From assembly GCA_963843375.1 (NCBI GenBank), contig CAWJKT010000016.1:1-42038 (forward strand): a stretch of DNA of 42,038 nt, written 5' to 3'. The DNA comes from an uncultured Pseudomonadota bacterium. Lineage in GTDB: Bacteria > Oederibacteriota > Muellerivitia > Muellerivitales > Muellerivitaceae. A program made the translations under genes and the position numbers. The notes beneath the pieces were generated by a model that saw nothing but the letters and a program-made list of their open reading frames with translations, did not search any database and was not told the origin of the DNA. How positions within the stretch are numbered: the first letter of the stretch is position 1; the number at the start of each line of letters is the position of its first letter. Shown in pieces: positions 1-11,456 of the stretch.

Positions 1-1245
1 AATAAATTCCTTCTGGGGGGCTTTCGTCCGTTTGTCCCACGTGATATCGGATTGGTGCAAAAGGCCTTCCAATCCATCCTCAATTTCCATGAACAACCCA
101 AAATCCGCGATGTTCGTCACGGTGGCTTGGATATTCGAACCGATTGGATACGTTGGGCCACATTTTCCCACGGGACTTTTTTCAAGACGTTTAAAGCTGA
201 AACTGATCTTTCGTTTTCTCGAAATCCATCTCGATAATCTGGGCTTGTCGTTTTCTCACCCACTTTGAAAAGTTCGGCGGGTTTCTTTAATTTTTTGGAC
301 CAGGAAATCTCGGTCACATGGCAGAAGCCCTCCAAATTATCCACTGTCCTTAAAAACACCCCATAATCGGCAAAATGAGTTACTTCCACTTCGATCGATC
401 TGCCCGACCCGATAACGTTTATCCGCCTCGGTCCAGGGATCGGTTGTCATTTGCTTGATCCCCAGGGATATTTTTCCCTTTTCCTTGTCCACCTGAAGCA
501 CCATCACCTTGATGAGGGCGTCCGATTTCACAAAATCTTCGACTTTGTTCACCCTTCCCCAGTCAATATCGGCGATATGCAAAAGGCCATCCACTCCTCC
601 CAAATCAACGAAAGCCCCATAACTCACAAGGCTTTTAACCCGGCCTTCAATCACATCCCCGGGATTCAATTCGTTTAGCCGTTTGTTTCGGTTTTCGCTG
701 CGTTCAACTTCCAACACGGGCCGACGGGAAACGACCACATTGGAACGGCTGCGGTCGATTTTGATGATTTTGAAATCGTAAATCTTTTCAAGATGATCCT
801 CGCCAGCCTCGGGATTTTTGTGAAGGGTCATTTGACTGGCGGGTAAAAAGGCTTCTACCATCCCCAAATCCACGCGGTAACCGCCATTTACCTTTTTGGT
901 GACGCGTCCTTTGACAAGACCTCCCGCATTATTCATTTCCTCAAGATTTTGCCAAACCCGGCTTTTGTCCACATTGCGCTTGGAAAGCCTGAGACGGCCG
1001 TTGGAATCGGCCATACGTTCCACGGAAACCTCTACTTTGTCGCCGACCTTGACCGTCAGTTCTCCCGTGATGTCTTGAAACTCCGAACGGGGAATAACAC
1101 CTTCGGTCTTATAACCCACATCAATGACGAGTTCTTCATCGCCGATTTTGACAATTTCACCCGTGACCACTTGGCCTCGGGCAACGCGTTTCTCCTCATT
1201 TAAAAGCTCTTCCATTGTCATTTCTGGGATGGGTGAATCAGCCAT
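1..1245 (-). CDS. rpsA: 30S ribosomal protein S1, 3' end runs off the window; frameshifted near 395 and further left (probable sequencing errors)
   Basis: Tandem S1 repeats (VIDVGYKTEGVIP, AFLPASQ, YGAFVDLGGVDGLLHIADIDW, YGVFLR..GFCHVTEISW) across ORFs 337..1311 and 117..389. GAGGT RBS 5 nt before ATG at 1245. Confidence 0.95.
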
Positions 1246-1375
1246 GGTTGACCTCATAAATTTTGAATTCTTAACTCCGTGGGGGAGGAAAGTGAAATTA
1301 ATAGAAGGCACATTCTACAACAGGGGAAAGGCTGATGGATACTGTTTCGAGGAAAAGAGCCTTATCGAAAGGATT

Positions 1376-2006
1376 TTACGAATTTTCGAAGGTCGAAGAC
1401 GGCGTGATATTTTCCATGACACGATCGGCGATCTTTATGTAAGTGCTTTTTTCGGCTTTTTCACGGTAAAGATCATCCAATGGGACAGGCGGACCATAAG
1501 TTACTGAAGTTTTTCCCGGGCGGGGTAACAGTTTACCTTTGGCCAGCAGTGCAAAGGTCCCATCAATATACGCCGGAACTACCGGAACCTTGGCGTTGTA
1601 AAGAAGCATTCCCGAGCCCTTTTTAGCAGGTTGAAGATCACCGGTTAGGGTTCGGGTACCTTCGACAAAAATAACAAGGGGTTTCCCTGAATGTAAAAAA
1701 TCATGGAATTTTTGGATCGCTTCCCTATCTCCCGACTCCTCTTTTCACAGGAAAAGCGCCACAATAGGCAATGATCCACCCGAAAACCGGAACATGAAAA
1801 AGTTCTTCCTTGGCCATGAAACCCACTTGCCTTTCAATGCTGGTATAACCGATAAGGTAAGGATCCAGAAAACTAGCATGGTTGGCCACGACCACAAAGG
1901 GTCCGGTTTTCGGAATGTTTTCAGTGCCCAACCCCTCGGTATGGAAATAAGATTTGATGAACCAAGTGGTGAAAAAACGAAGCTTGGGAAAGGAAGCCAT
2001 TCCCAT
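1376..2006 (-). CDS. plsC: 1-acyl-sn-glycerol-3-phosphate (lysophospholipid) acyltransferase, split by one extra base near 1732
   Basis: NHASFLD (HX4D), FMAKEELF and GAFPVKRG motifs. Removing one base joins them to FVEGTR and VPVVPAYI (ORF 1376..1609). Confidence 0.9.
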
Positions 2007-2090
2007 CCTTTCAGGAATTGAATTTAATTCGCAATGATGAATTTTGAAAGGAATCCTAAATAACTTAAAATCAAAATTAAAAATTAGGTT

Positions 2091-3205
2091 TTATCGGTTC
2101 CAGAGTTTCTTAAGCCGTTGGTCGGCGGAAAGGAGAAGTTCTTCGGTCGTGATCCAATTAATACAGGCATCGGTAATGGAAACTCCATACTTTAATTTGG
2201 ACCTGTCCTTTTGCAGAGGTTGGTTTCCCTCGTTCAGGTTGCTTTCCAGCATAAAACCTACGACCGATTCATTTCCTTTTTCAATTTGATCGATAACGGC
2301 GTTGAAGGCGACTGGTTGTAATTTGTAATCCTTGTTGGAATTTCCATGGCTGCAATCCACCACAATGTTCTTTGGCAGGCCTGCCTCTTCCAAGGCTTTT
2401 TCACAAGCGGCGATTGAAGCGGGATCATAATTGGGCTTGGAGCCGCCCCGAAGGACAATATGGGCGTAGGGGTTCCCAGTGGTCCGGAAGACGGCCGTCT
2501 GCCCGTTCTGGTCGATGCCCAGGAAATGGTGGGAAGTCCGGGCGGACTTGATGCCATTCAAGGCCACTTGGATGCTTCCATCGGTGGCATTTTTGAATCC
2601 AACGGGCATGGAGAGTCCACTGGCCAATTCCCGATGGGTTTGGGATTCGGTCGTACGGGCCCCAATCGCCGACCAGCTGATCAGATCGGCCAGGTATTGG
2701 GGAATGATCGGGTCCAGAGCCTCCGTGGAAGTGGGTAACCCCAACCCGGTGAATTTCAAAAGCAGACTTCGTGCCAGCAGGATACCCTTTCTCAATATTA
2801 AAGGAATCGTTCATGTCGGGGTCGTTAATGAGCCCTTTCCATCCGATGGTAGTCCGGGGCTTCTCAAAATAAACCCGCATGATCAGAACCATCGTGGATT
2901 TCACCAGACCCGCTAACCGCTTGAGCTTGACGGCATATTCATAGGCGGCCTGGGGGTCATGAATGGAACAGGGGCCCACCACCACGAAGAGGCGGCGGTC
3001 CTTGTGATCCAAAATCGCTTCCAATTCCTGGCGCCCCGCGAGAACTACCTCATAGGCCCGTTTGTTCCCAGGTAACTTACTTTTGACTTTCTTGGGCGTG
3101 ATAAGAACTTCTTCCCCTGCCACATGGGTGTCTTGGGTTTTTGCGCGAAGGGACACCTTCCCGATTTGGGTGATTTTTCTTTTGGGTGGATTTATTTTTC
3201 GCCAT
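2091..3205 (-). CDS. aroG: DAHP synthase (3-deoxy-7-phosphoheptulonate synthase), type I-alpha; frameshifts near 3175 and 2790
   Basis: GPCSIHD, RVYFEKPRT, GWKGLINDP, IGARTTESQTHR, GFKNATDG, DCSHGNS, SITDACI motifs across ORFs 2425..3315 and 2091..2795. The isoenzyme (aroF/G/H) cannot be assigned. Confidence 0.92.
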
Positions 3206-3241
3206 GTCGTTTCCGCGCTTTCGCATTGGTTTGGAGGTGGA

Positions 3242-3270
3242 ATTATAAGGAGTTCGCAATCCACTTCCAA
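3242..3270 (-). promoter_or_regulatory. Putative sigma70 promoter of the DAHP synthase gene
   Basis: Minus strand reads TTGGAA-N17-TATAAT, ending 36 nt upstream of the ATG at 3205. Confidence 0.55.
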
Positions 3271-3942
3271 GGGACATTTAAACCGCCAAAATATGATTTT
3301 ATTGCGGATCGGCACTTCGTCGGTGAGTGACCAAGATGGGGCTGAACGATAGACTCCACCTTGGTTTGAAGAATGGAGGCGAATTTTTTCGGGCTTGGGC
3401 AGTTTAAAAGAACCAAAAAGCCCGAAGGGCTTCCCGTATCAATCTCGATATGGCCGAAATTTAAGATCAGGCCAACGAGGCTTTGTTGGTATCCCACCCG
3501 ACGGACCGAACCATAAGGTATGCCGATGACCCGGCGGAAAGGAAACCAGCTTTCAACATGGATATCGTGGGATGTCAATTGATACCGCGTACCTAACCTG
3601 CCAGAGGTTATGATAAATTGCCGCCGCAATGGCCATCCAGGTCAAACCCCTTTCACCCCAAAAAAGCCCCAATCGGCCCAAGACTGTGGAATACCCTTTA
3701 AATGCTTCAGAACTTCATATAAGTAAGGTGGAAACCAATGAAAGAAACGTTGAACCCCATAGCAAAAAACCGCCGCCAAAAGATAGCTCAGAAGGACCAC
3801 CCACCAGGAAGGCATGGACTTGAAAAAAAACTCAGTGGCCGGAGAGGGCAGCGAGGACTTGGTTCGGGCATGGATGATCGACCGTGATCTTGGCCGTCTC
3901 GGGCTGCTTTTTCTTGAAAATGTTAATGACCGGTGCGCGCAT
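3243..3942 (-). CDS. Membrane protein with bacterial PH (bPH_2-like) domain, frameshifted; ends uncertain
   Basis: ORF 3243..3629 has YQLTS..I......F.R...IPYGSVRRVGYQQSLVGLILNFGHIEIDTG, typical of bPH_2. Hydrophobic fragments continue upstream to an ATG at 3942. Confidence 0.6.
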
Positions 3943-4061
3943 CCAATGTCCTTTAAATTAAGAACGGCTAACTGTACCAGAAAAACCGTACCTTTTCATC
4001 CCCGAGTTTCCCGAAGCGCCTTATTAAATTAAAACTTTTGACTCAAGTCCCACCCCAAGAG

Positions 4062-7000
4062 TCATCCAAGGCTTCCAAAGTATCGGGCTTCAAAAAAGAC
4101 TTCAAGAATGCCAATGGAATCCTCAAGCGTCAATTCACTGCGGACAAGGTACCCTTTTCCAATTTTTTGGATGATAACCGCTCCCTGTTCCGGATGCTGA
4201 GAAAGAACAAGCGGGGCTTTCCATTGACCGCCCGCGGGAAGGAGCCCATGGCTGACCTGCCCCACTTCCTGGTTCGGGCCGAATCCCAAAATTTGGGCTA
4301 AAGACTGGTTGGTGCCTCCTTCGACCTTGAACATCCAAAGGTGGTACAGGTTTATTTCATCCCCCGTTTTCGATGTCAAGCGCAGGGTGGTTTGATTGGA
4401 CGTGATGTATTTTTCGGGAATGTCGAAATAAATGGCAAGAAAATGTCGGGTTGTGCCGTCGCTTTGGGTCCGAATACCTACTTGTTTCCATTCGTCACCC
4501 ACCTGGACTTGCAAGGCCATTCCCTTAATGTTGTGTCCTGTATTAACCCGTACCCAAAGGCGGTGCTTGATACCTGGCTCACTTTTGACCGAAAACTGGT
4601 AATACCCTGTGAAACCTCGGCCGTCATCCTGGATCATTTTCTTTTCGTTCTGGCTGTCCGGAAGGTTTTGGGTGTCTTCAAAAGTCTCCCCCGTAAAAGT
4701 AACTGCATGGGACAATTCGGAGCCCGAATTGTCGACATCCACTTCGTCCAAATACTTCTGGTTGGACTGCATTTTGGTGGAATCGGAAACGACAACATTG
4801 TCCGGCAGGGTTCCCTCCTCCCAGCCACCACCGCTCAAGGTCACCAGCCAGTCGGGCAGGACTTCCCGGTCGGGGTAAGAAGGGCCGAGGAACAGGCACC
4901 CTCCCTGCTCGATATATCTTTTTATGGTCTTACCCAATTCGGGGTTAGTCCAGTAGGAAACGGGTTTGAAATTATTTTTTCCCGTCGAAAAGGCTCCCCG
5001 ACCAAAAACGGCTAGTTTGGCCTTGGGATTACCTTTCTCGTCCATTAAGCCTCTGGCGATGTCTTCCGGTGCGACCGGTAGGTCAATATCCAGGAAACTG
5101 ACCGAGGAGGTCACGCGATTCATTGTTTTTAATTCGCTGGTTCCAACCGAAAAGATATCCTCGGGCAAAACATGCTTGTGCTTGTTCATGATTCCACTGG
5201 GTGAGGTGATTAAGAGCAAGTCAGAACTGGGAACATCATATGGATCGGGATGAAACGTCTGTGGCTTAGGAGGGGTCAATTCCTCGTCGGGAAGCAGAGA
5301 ACCTTCCGAAAGAAGGAAAACACAGTCCTTATCCGCAGTGATGGTAAAACTACACCGACCCTCGCGCCCCTTGGAGTCGCTCAACGTTTTGTCCCAGGTC
5401 ACAGTTTCATCAGTTGCGATGTCGGAAATGAGACGGCGACTAGCCCAAAAATCCATTATGACGTCCATTTGTTCCCCCCGATCAAGGTGAAGGGTAACCG
5501 TCCAACTGCTGGAATCCACTCGTTTCAGAAAAATTGAAACTTTTAAAGGGCCGACTAAAAGACGTTGAGCTCCGAATTCCTTCATATCTTCTGGCAGGTG
5601 GGGTGAAAAAACCACACGGTTGTCGCCCGCGTCAGGCGAAAAACCAGTCAAATATTCCAAAATGCCTTCCACATTCAAACCGCCTTCCCAAGGCCGCAAT
5701 CTTCCGCTGGTGCCTATCCCCCAGGCCGGAGGATTCCATGGATGATAATCCCCATCGTACATTTCAGCGAAATCACCCGACGGAGAAGCGGTTTTCAAGA
5801 CGGAAGGGTAAACCTTATCGGCCCAGGGCAAACGGGCCTTGCAGAGGGCGTACAACAACTGACCGGGATTCATGCCCACGAAAAAATCAATTGATGGAGT
5901 GGATTTCCAAAAACTATCTTCGCGGCCCAACCACGGATAGGCGTTTTTGATGGCCTCCACCGCGCGTTTGGAAACATGGGAGTCTCGCCTATTGGATCCA
6001 GATCAGTACGGGAATAACCACACCAAAAGGGATTGAAGAGGATATTGGCGAAAGGCGCGTTGTAAAGCGGGCCCAAAAGTGACTGAGCCGGTTCCCAATA
6101 ACCCGCTTTTTCACTCCAATAAGTTTCCTCAGCTTTATCCCGAACATTCTCTCGCTAGGGTCTTGAGCGTGGAAACATCTTTGTCCATTTCCAGGTATTT
6201 TCCCATATAGGCCAAGTGGTCGGCGGCGGAAACTAGATCAAAGCTAGAGTCAACGGCAAAAGCATAAGTGTTCAGCATGTAATTCGGAAAAGGAACATGA
6301 TCGAAAACTCGGGACTCCAGGCACCAGAGATAGGTCTCGTCCCGATTGAAAAAATACTTGTTATCCTCATTGACTTGCCCCTGAATGCATTGTTTCAGGT
6401 AAGCCCATCGCCCACGGATATATTCGATGTCCCCGGTGGTCATGTAATACCACCAATGCTGCAGCACAATCCAACTTGGCGTTTCGGCATGGCCCACCTG
6501 TAAATGCGAAAGGTTTTTCAGGTGATAGTTCAGGGAGTAATCGACTCGAACGCTGCTGGGAAGAGTTCCCATGGAGGAACTGACACCATAGAAAAAATCC
6601 ATTGGCTTCTGGCTTCTTGGGGATGGCCCGTTTTCAAAAACCAGCGGATGGGGCCGTTGTTGTCCCTGATCCAGGTATAGGAATAACCGATCAAGGGCGA
6701 AAACCCTCCCGTCCGGGCCTGGACCGCCTTTAAGATGATGGACTCAACCTCGAAAAGATCAGCCACTTTGGTGTCACCCGTGAACTGGGTACCGGATTCG
6801 AACCATTTTTGGTAATAGTCCCGGGTTTGATCCAGGAGAACTTCAGCGGGCCGGTATGCCGCAGATCGCTGACGAGATCCTCAATTTCTTGGGAGGAATC
6901 GGCAGAGGCAAGGTAGAAGGACACCCAGGTTTCCTGGCCCGGATCCAGGGAGGGCACGCTGTAATGAAGGTCGTTATCCCAAATACGGACATCCTTATTG

Positions 7001-7764
7001 ATTAAAAGCTCCCAGCCTCCAGAATGTCCTTTTTTTGGCCCTAGAAGGCTTTTGATCGATAAGCAAGTCCCGGCTGTCCACCTTTTCTTTGAATTTAAGG
7101 TTCCAGGCCGGTTGGAGTTTTATGGCGATATCAAGATCGGTTCTCGGTCTGATCTCCCCCGTTCACGATATGGACTAGACGGACCAATACCGCTGGGTTG
7201 TTCCAGGCATTGTCCTCCGATGGGCGAAACCGGCGCGAAATCGTAACTTTCCACCGTAAGTCCGGCTCCCACGGCTTTTACTTTCACGACGCCCGAGCGT
7301 TTTACCCAGCCGATTTGTTGTTGGGTTAATTTAGCGTCCACGCCAGCCCGGGTAACGGTCATGCGCATATCGCCCAGTGTTGGCTCTTGATAGGAATCGC
7401 CATAGATGTTCGACCAGTTCCAGAGCGGGCTAGAAAGGCCGACTAATCCAAAAGCCCGGCCATTTCCCACACAATAGGCGCCGGTCAAATTGGGAACCAC
7501 CTGATTGGTGCTCCAAATCAAAAGTTTCTTTCCAGGAATAAAGGTCATTCATCCAGGGCCGATCCTGAATTACTTGGATGCCCGGCTTTTTCCAATGGCA
7601 GGTTTGTCTTAACAGGAGTTGGTTGAAGGGTATCCTTTTCTATAGTCGTTGGGGCTAAAGACAGGACCAAAGGTTGGAGTTTGGCTGAATAACGTGCCCG
7701 AATTTACAAGAAAATAAGAAAAAAGAAACATTCCCAAAGAAGTGAAAAAAAATATTTTCCTCAT
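4062..7764 (-). CDS. Large exported six-hairpin glycosidase-like protein (~1200 aa), multiply frameshifted
   Basis: Signal peptide MRKIFFFTSLGMFLFSYFL at 7764 and collinear fragments 7120..7548, 6730..6957, 6530..6766, 6135..6602, 5870..6076, 4062..5960. YSYTWIRDN (W-x-R-D of (alpha/alpha)6 GH15-like enzymes), YYMTTGDIEYI, GDFAEMYD, FSPHLP. Confidence 0.65.
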
Positions 7765-9541
7765 GAAGTTTCTTCGATTTCTTTTACTTCTTCGGATCAA
7801 GCCGGCACATGGGGAGTGGCCTCTGACGCGGGTGCTTCCATTGGGGTTGGTTCCAACAAGCTGGCAAAAATAAACCTTTCCCCTATAAGTGACCGGTTCC
7901 ATTCCGTATTGGTGGAAAAAATCGGACATTCGTCCCTTCGGCAATTTCAACATGGTTTCGAGTTTTTCCCGCCAAACGTCGTTTTCATCTTCCGTTTCGA
8001 CCATGACCCAAACTTGTCGATGATGTTTCCACTTCTCCTCAAATCGGTCCGCCAAATCCTTCCAGGGATCCGGGCGTTGGGGTCGGGCTTGCTTCGACCG
8101 AAACGGCGACTTTTCCCTGTTTTGATTTCTCTTCCTTATCCTTCAATGCCGCGATCTGATATCTTCGAAAAAAAGGATAAAGCCCCAGATATTCTCTTTT
8201 TTGAAATCGATCTAGGTAAAAAGGCAAGGTATTGATGCCGTCAAGAACCAAGCAGGTCATCCACTTGCACTTTCCAGTCCAGGGCGCTCATCATCGGCCG
8301 GCGGTCATGGGTGGAAGCAACAGGGTTGCTGGACCAGGATATCACTAAAATTATATAAGAACAACAAACCCATGAGGCCGCCCCAGAAGAGCGAGTACTA
8401 TCTCCACGGTTCGCAATTGACAGAACCGGATTATCCCAACGATTAGATAATTCGGCAACCACCGTGCCCATGAGTATCCAGCAAGGTGGAGTGGTGGTTA
8501 CCCAGAATTCAATATTGTCGGGATCCCACCAGATGAAAAAAGGGACAAAAGGCAAAAGCCACAAGAAGAAAAAACACAGCACCTGACGGTGGTATTTCCA
8601 AAAAAGATTAAACCGCATGACAAAAAAAACCAGAAGGGCGAAAAGACTATATTCCAGAATGCTTTGGGCGGTTTGCAAGGGTAAAAGAAATGGGAAAAGT
8701 CTCAAAAGAGTAAGTATTTCCTAAGAAGGCCTTGAGGGTTCCGAATTTGGCCATGGCAAAACCGCTGGGACCGAAATTCCCACGGGGCCAACCGGGAATA
8801 TGGGAATAGGCCAGAATCCAGGAAATCCATTTGGCATAGGTCGTCCGGTCGCAAGCGAACCTTCCCACAAAACCGTAAACCGTCAAAACCCAAAATCCTA
8901 AAGCGAATAAATAATACAAACTGGTTTTGAAACGTTCCACACGGCTCTTATTGCTAACGCACCAGATGCCGGCTAAAAAAGCCGGAATCAAATAAAGATT
9001 GGTCTGGTGCCCCAGGACGGCAATGCGCGTGCGCCGAACCCACGGCTAAACCAAACCACGGTTTATGGTCCTTTGAGATAAGTCAGCACATACCAGGCGA
9101 AAAGCGGAGTAACGGAAGCGAATATCCGCACTCCAGGCGAAGTTGAAAAATACCAGTAACTGAAAGGAGAAGGCCAATCCCAATGCCGTCAAGGCGGCCA
9201 CAAGCCGGTTTCCGGTTTCCCGGACCAACAGATGGAAGGCGATCAATACGCCGGTCAGCCCGATGACTATATCCATAAACTGGAGGGTCACTAGACCATC
9301 CCAGATAGCGCCTTGGGCCCTTCCCCAAACGAAAGACCATCCGGCCCAGGAACGTATAAAGAAGATGGTGCGGATGGAAAAGATCCCATAGGCGAACATG
9401 ATCGTTCTCAACGCGGGAAGCGAAAACCATTCCATCGTAGGTGTAGTTCAAGGGTATTTTCGAAAGATAAACAAAAAGGCAGAGAACTCGCAAGCTGGAT
9501 CCGAGAAAAAGGGTGCTTGCCGGCTTGCTCCATTCACGCAT
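7761..9541 (-). CDS. Polytopic membrane protein, GT-C (ArnT/PMT/DUF2723-like) glycosyltransferase candidate, multiply frameshifted
   Basis: First TM is followed by YTYDG...LFHPHHLLY, then many TM fragments (9046..9435, 8647..8991, 8241..8705) and a soluble C-terminus. The probable stop overlaps the next start (ATGA 7761-7764). Confidence 0.55.
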
Positions 9542-9595
9542 GGGAGTCCTTAATTTCTAAAACAATTCATTTTTTATTCTCGTCTTGCCAATTCT

Positions 9596-10587
9596 TCACG
9601 CCAAACCTTGTTGAAGTTTTTCACCCATCACTGAATAAGGGCGGTGAGTCCCGCTTTTGCCTTTTATTCGAATCGGTTCCAAAGCCTCCATCCGGAACAT
9701 GTCCCCAGCGATAAGGGCCAAATCCTGATTTATCAAAATTTGTCCGTCTTCCGCGATAGAACAAAGCCGAGAGGCGAAATTGACATTATCGCCGATGAGA
9801 GTGAATTCCATTCTACGGGCGGAGCCAAGGTTGCCGATAATGACATCGCCCCCCGTCATTCCTATTCCCAAACCCGTATGAATCGTTTCGCTGTAATTTT
9901 CCTGAAAATTGACCTGGATCTGATGAAAAGAATCCTGCATCCTCAGGGCCGCCAACAAGGCTTTTTTAATCGCTCCATTCGCTGATTCTTGCGGAAAAGG
10001 GAAATAAGCCAAAAGAGCGTCCCCAATGAATTTATTAATTTCCCCGCCCGAAAAGGCGATCACCTCCTCAAATTCCGTGAACATGCGGTTGAGATAACGG
10101 AGGGTTTCCTGGGGTTTCAATTTTTCCGACATGCTCGTGAAACCCCGCACATCAGAAAAAAGTACGATAGCCCGTCGTTAATTGCCCTTCCCAAACCGCC
10201 TGTCTTCCTTTTTCGGTGGCGAATTGGGAGGCCTTGGTACCCACAAATTTATCCAATATATACCGGGTCTCCGTTAATTTTTTTTGGCTTTGCTGGAATT
10301 GACCGGAAGCCAAATCCATCAGTTCACGTTTCTGTTGCTCCAAGGTCTGCAAGGATGGATGTGCGAACGATTTTGTAATCTTCCGGTAAAATTCGACTGC
10401 GAACCAGGAAAAATTGAAGTTCAACAAAAAAACCTTTTTTGAGCTTTATTAAAAATATCCGACGAAGAGAGGTAAACGAAAATGACGATCCAATAAGGCC
10501 AACACTTAAACAAGCCATCCAATTTTGACTAAAGTACCAACAAACTCCGGCAGAAAAAAAGACCAGGACTATGATCCATTTGGTCAT
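9596..10587 (-). CDS. Membrane-anchored class III adenylate/guanylate cyclase; frameshifts near 10430 and 10180
   Basis: VLFSDVRGFT, EINKFIGDALLAYF, GIGMTGGDVIIGNLGS..RMEFTLIGDNVNFASRL. N-terminal TM segments start at ATG 10587. Confidence 0.88.
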
Positions 10588-10686
10588 AGCTGAAGTATCC
10601 AGCCGATAGTTAATTTTGATTCTCCGAAGAAGGCATTTTAAGAGATCCCTTTCGCATCGTTTAACTTTTACTACATCATACAACTA

Positions 10687-10716
10687 AGAATATCGATACC
10701 AGCTATTGACCGTCAA
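10687..10716 (-). promoter_or_regulatory. Putative sigma70 promoter of the cyclase gene
   Basis: Minus strand reads TTGACG-N18-TATTCT. The -35 lies inside the palindrome TTGAC-C-GTCAA (10706-10716). Confidence 0.45.
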
Positions 10717-10765
10717 GGAATGATTTTAATTTGTCCGGTCAAAGAATATTCGGCTGAAAAGGAGA

Positions 10766-11456
10766 TTATTTTGGATTTTGTCGAATGAATTGGTAAAGGG
10801 CTTCGGCGGATTCCTCAACCGTTAAATCGGAATGGTCCATGACGATGGATTCAGGGGTCTTCCGGAGGCCGCCACCGGGTCGATTATAATCCCTTTCATC
10901 ACGGGCTTTGACCTCGGCCATGACTTGATCAAGGGTTGTTTGGATGCCCGGCTTTTTCTAACTCTCGCAAGCGACGGCGGCTACGCGTCTCAACGGAAGC
11001 ATCCAGGAAAAACTTGTACTGTGCATCCGGGAAAACATCCGTTCCAATGTCCCGCCCCTCTAAAACCGCCCCCCCATAGGAAAAGCTTTCCTTTCGGCCC
11101 ATTTGTTGTTGCCTGGCCACTAATATTTTTCGGACCGGAACCGAATTGGCGATATATGCCGAAGCTTTCGTGACTTCGGGCGATCGAATTTCCCTTGTCA
11201 CTTCCTCCCCGTTCAAGAACACCTGATTTTCCGCTTCTCCGGGCTTTAGTTGGATTTTTGATTCACGGGCGATTTTCTCTAATTCCAAATCGTTTTCCAA
11301 ATTGGCCTTTTGTCTTAAAGCGGCCAATGTAACTCCCCGGTACATGGCACCCGTATCAATGTGCAAAAAACCAAGTTTTTTAGCCAACGTCTTAGCCACG
11401 GTACTCTTCCCGGCTCCCGCGGGGCCGTCAATTGCGACAATGATAACTTGGCTCAT
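10766..11456 (-). CDS. cmk: Cytidylate kinase; one frameshift near 10935
   Basis: AIDGPAGAGKST, DTGAMYR, EGRDIGT.VFPDA. The shifted frame continues RDERDYNR...DHSDLTVEES to TAA at 10766. Confidence 0.95.

Noticed and set aside
1..11000. Pseudogene cluster, programmed frameshifting or alternative genetic code
   Set aside because: Breaks are frame changes rather than in-frame stops, they hit essential genes, and catalytic motifs are undegraded. Sequencing error is the simpler explanation.
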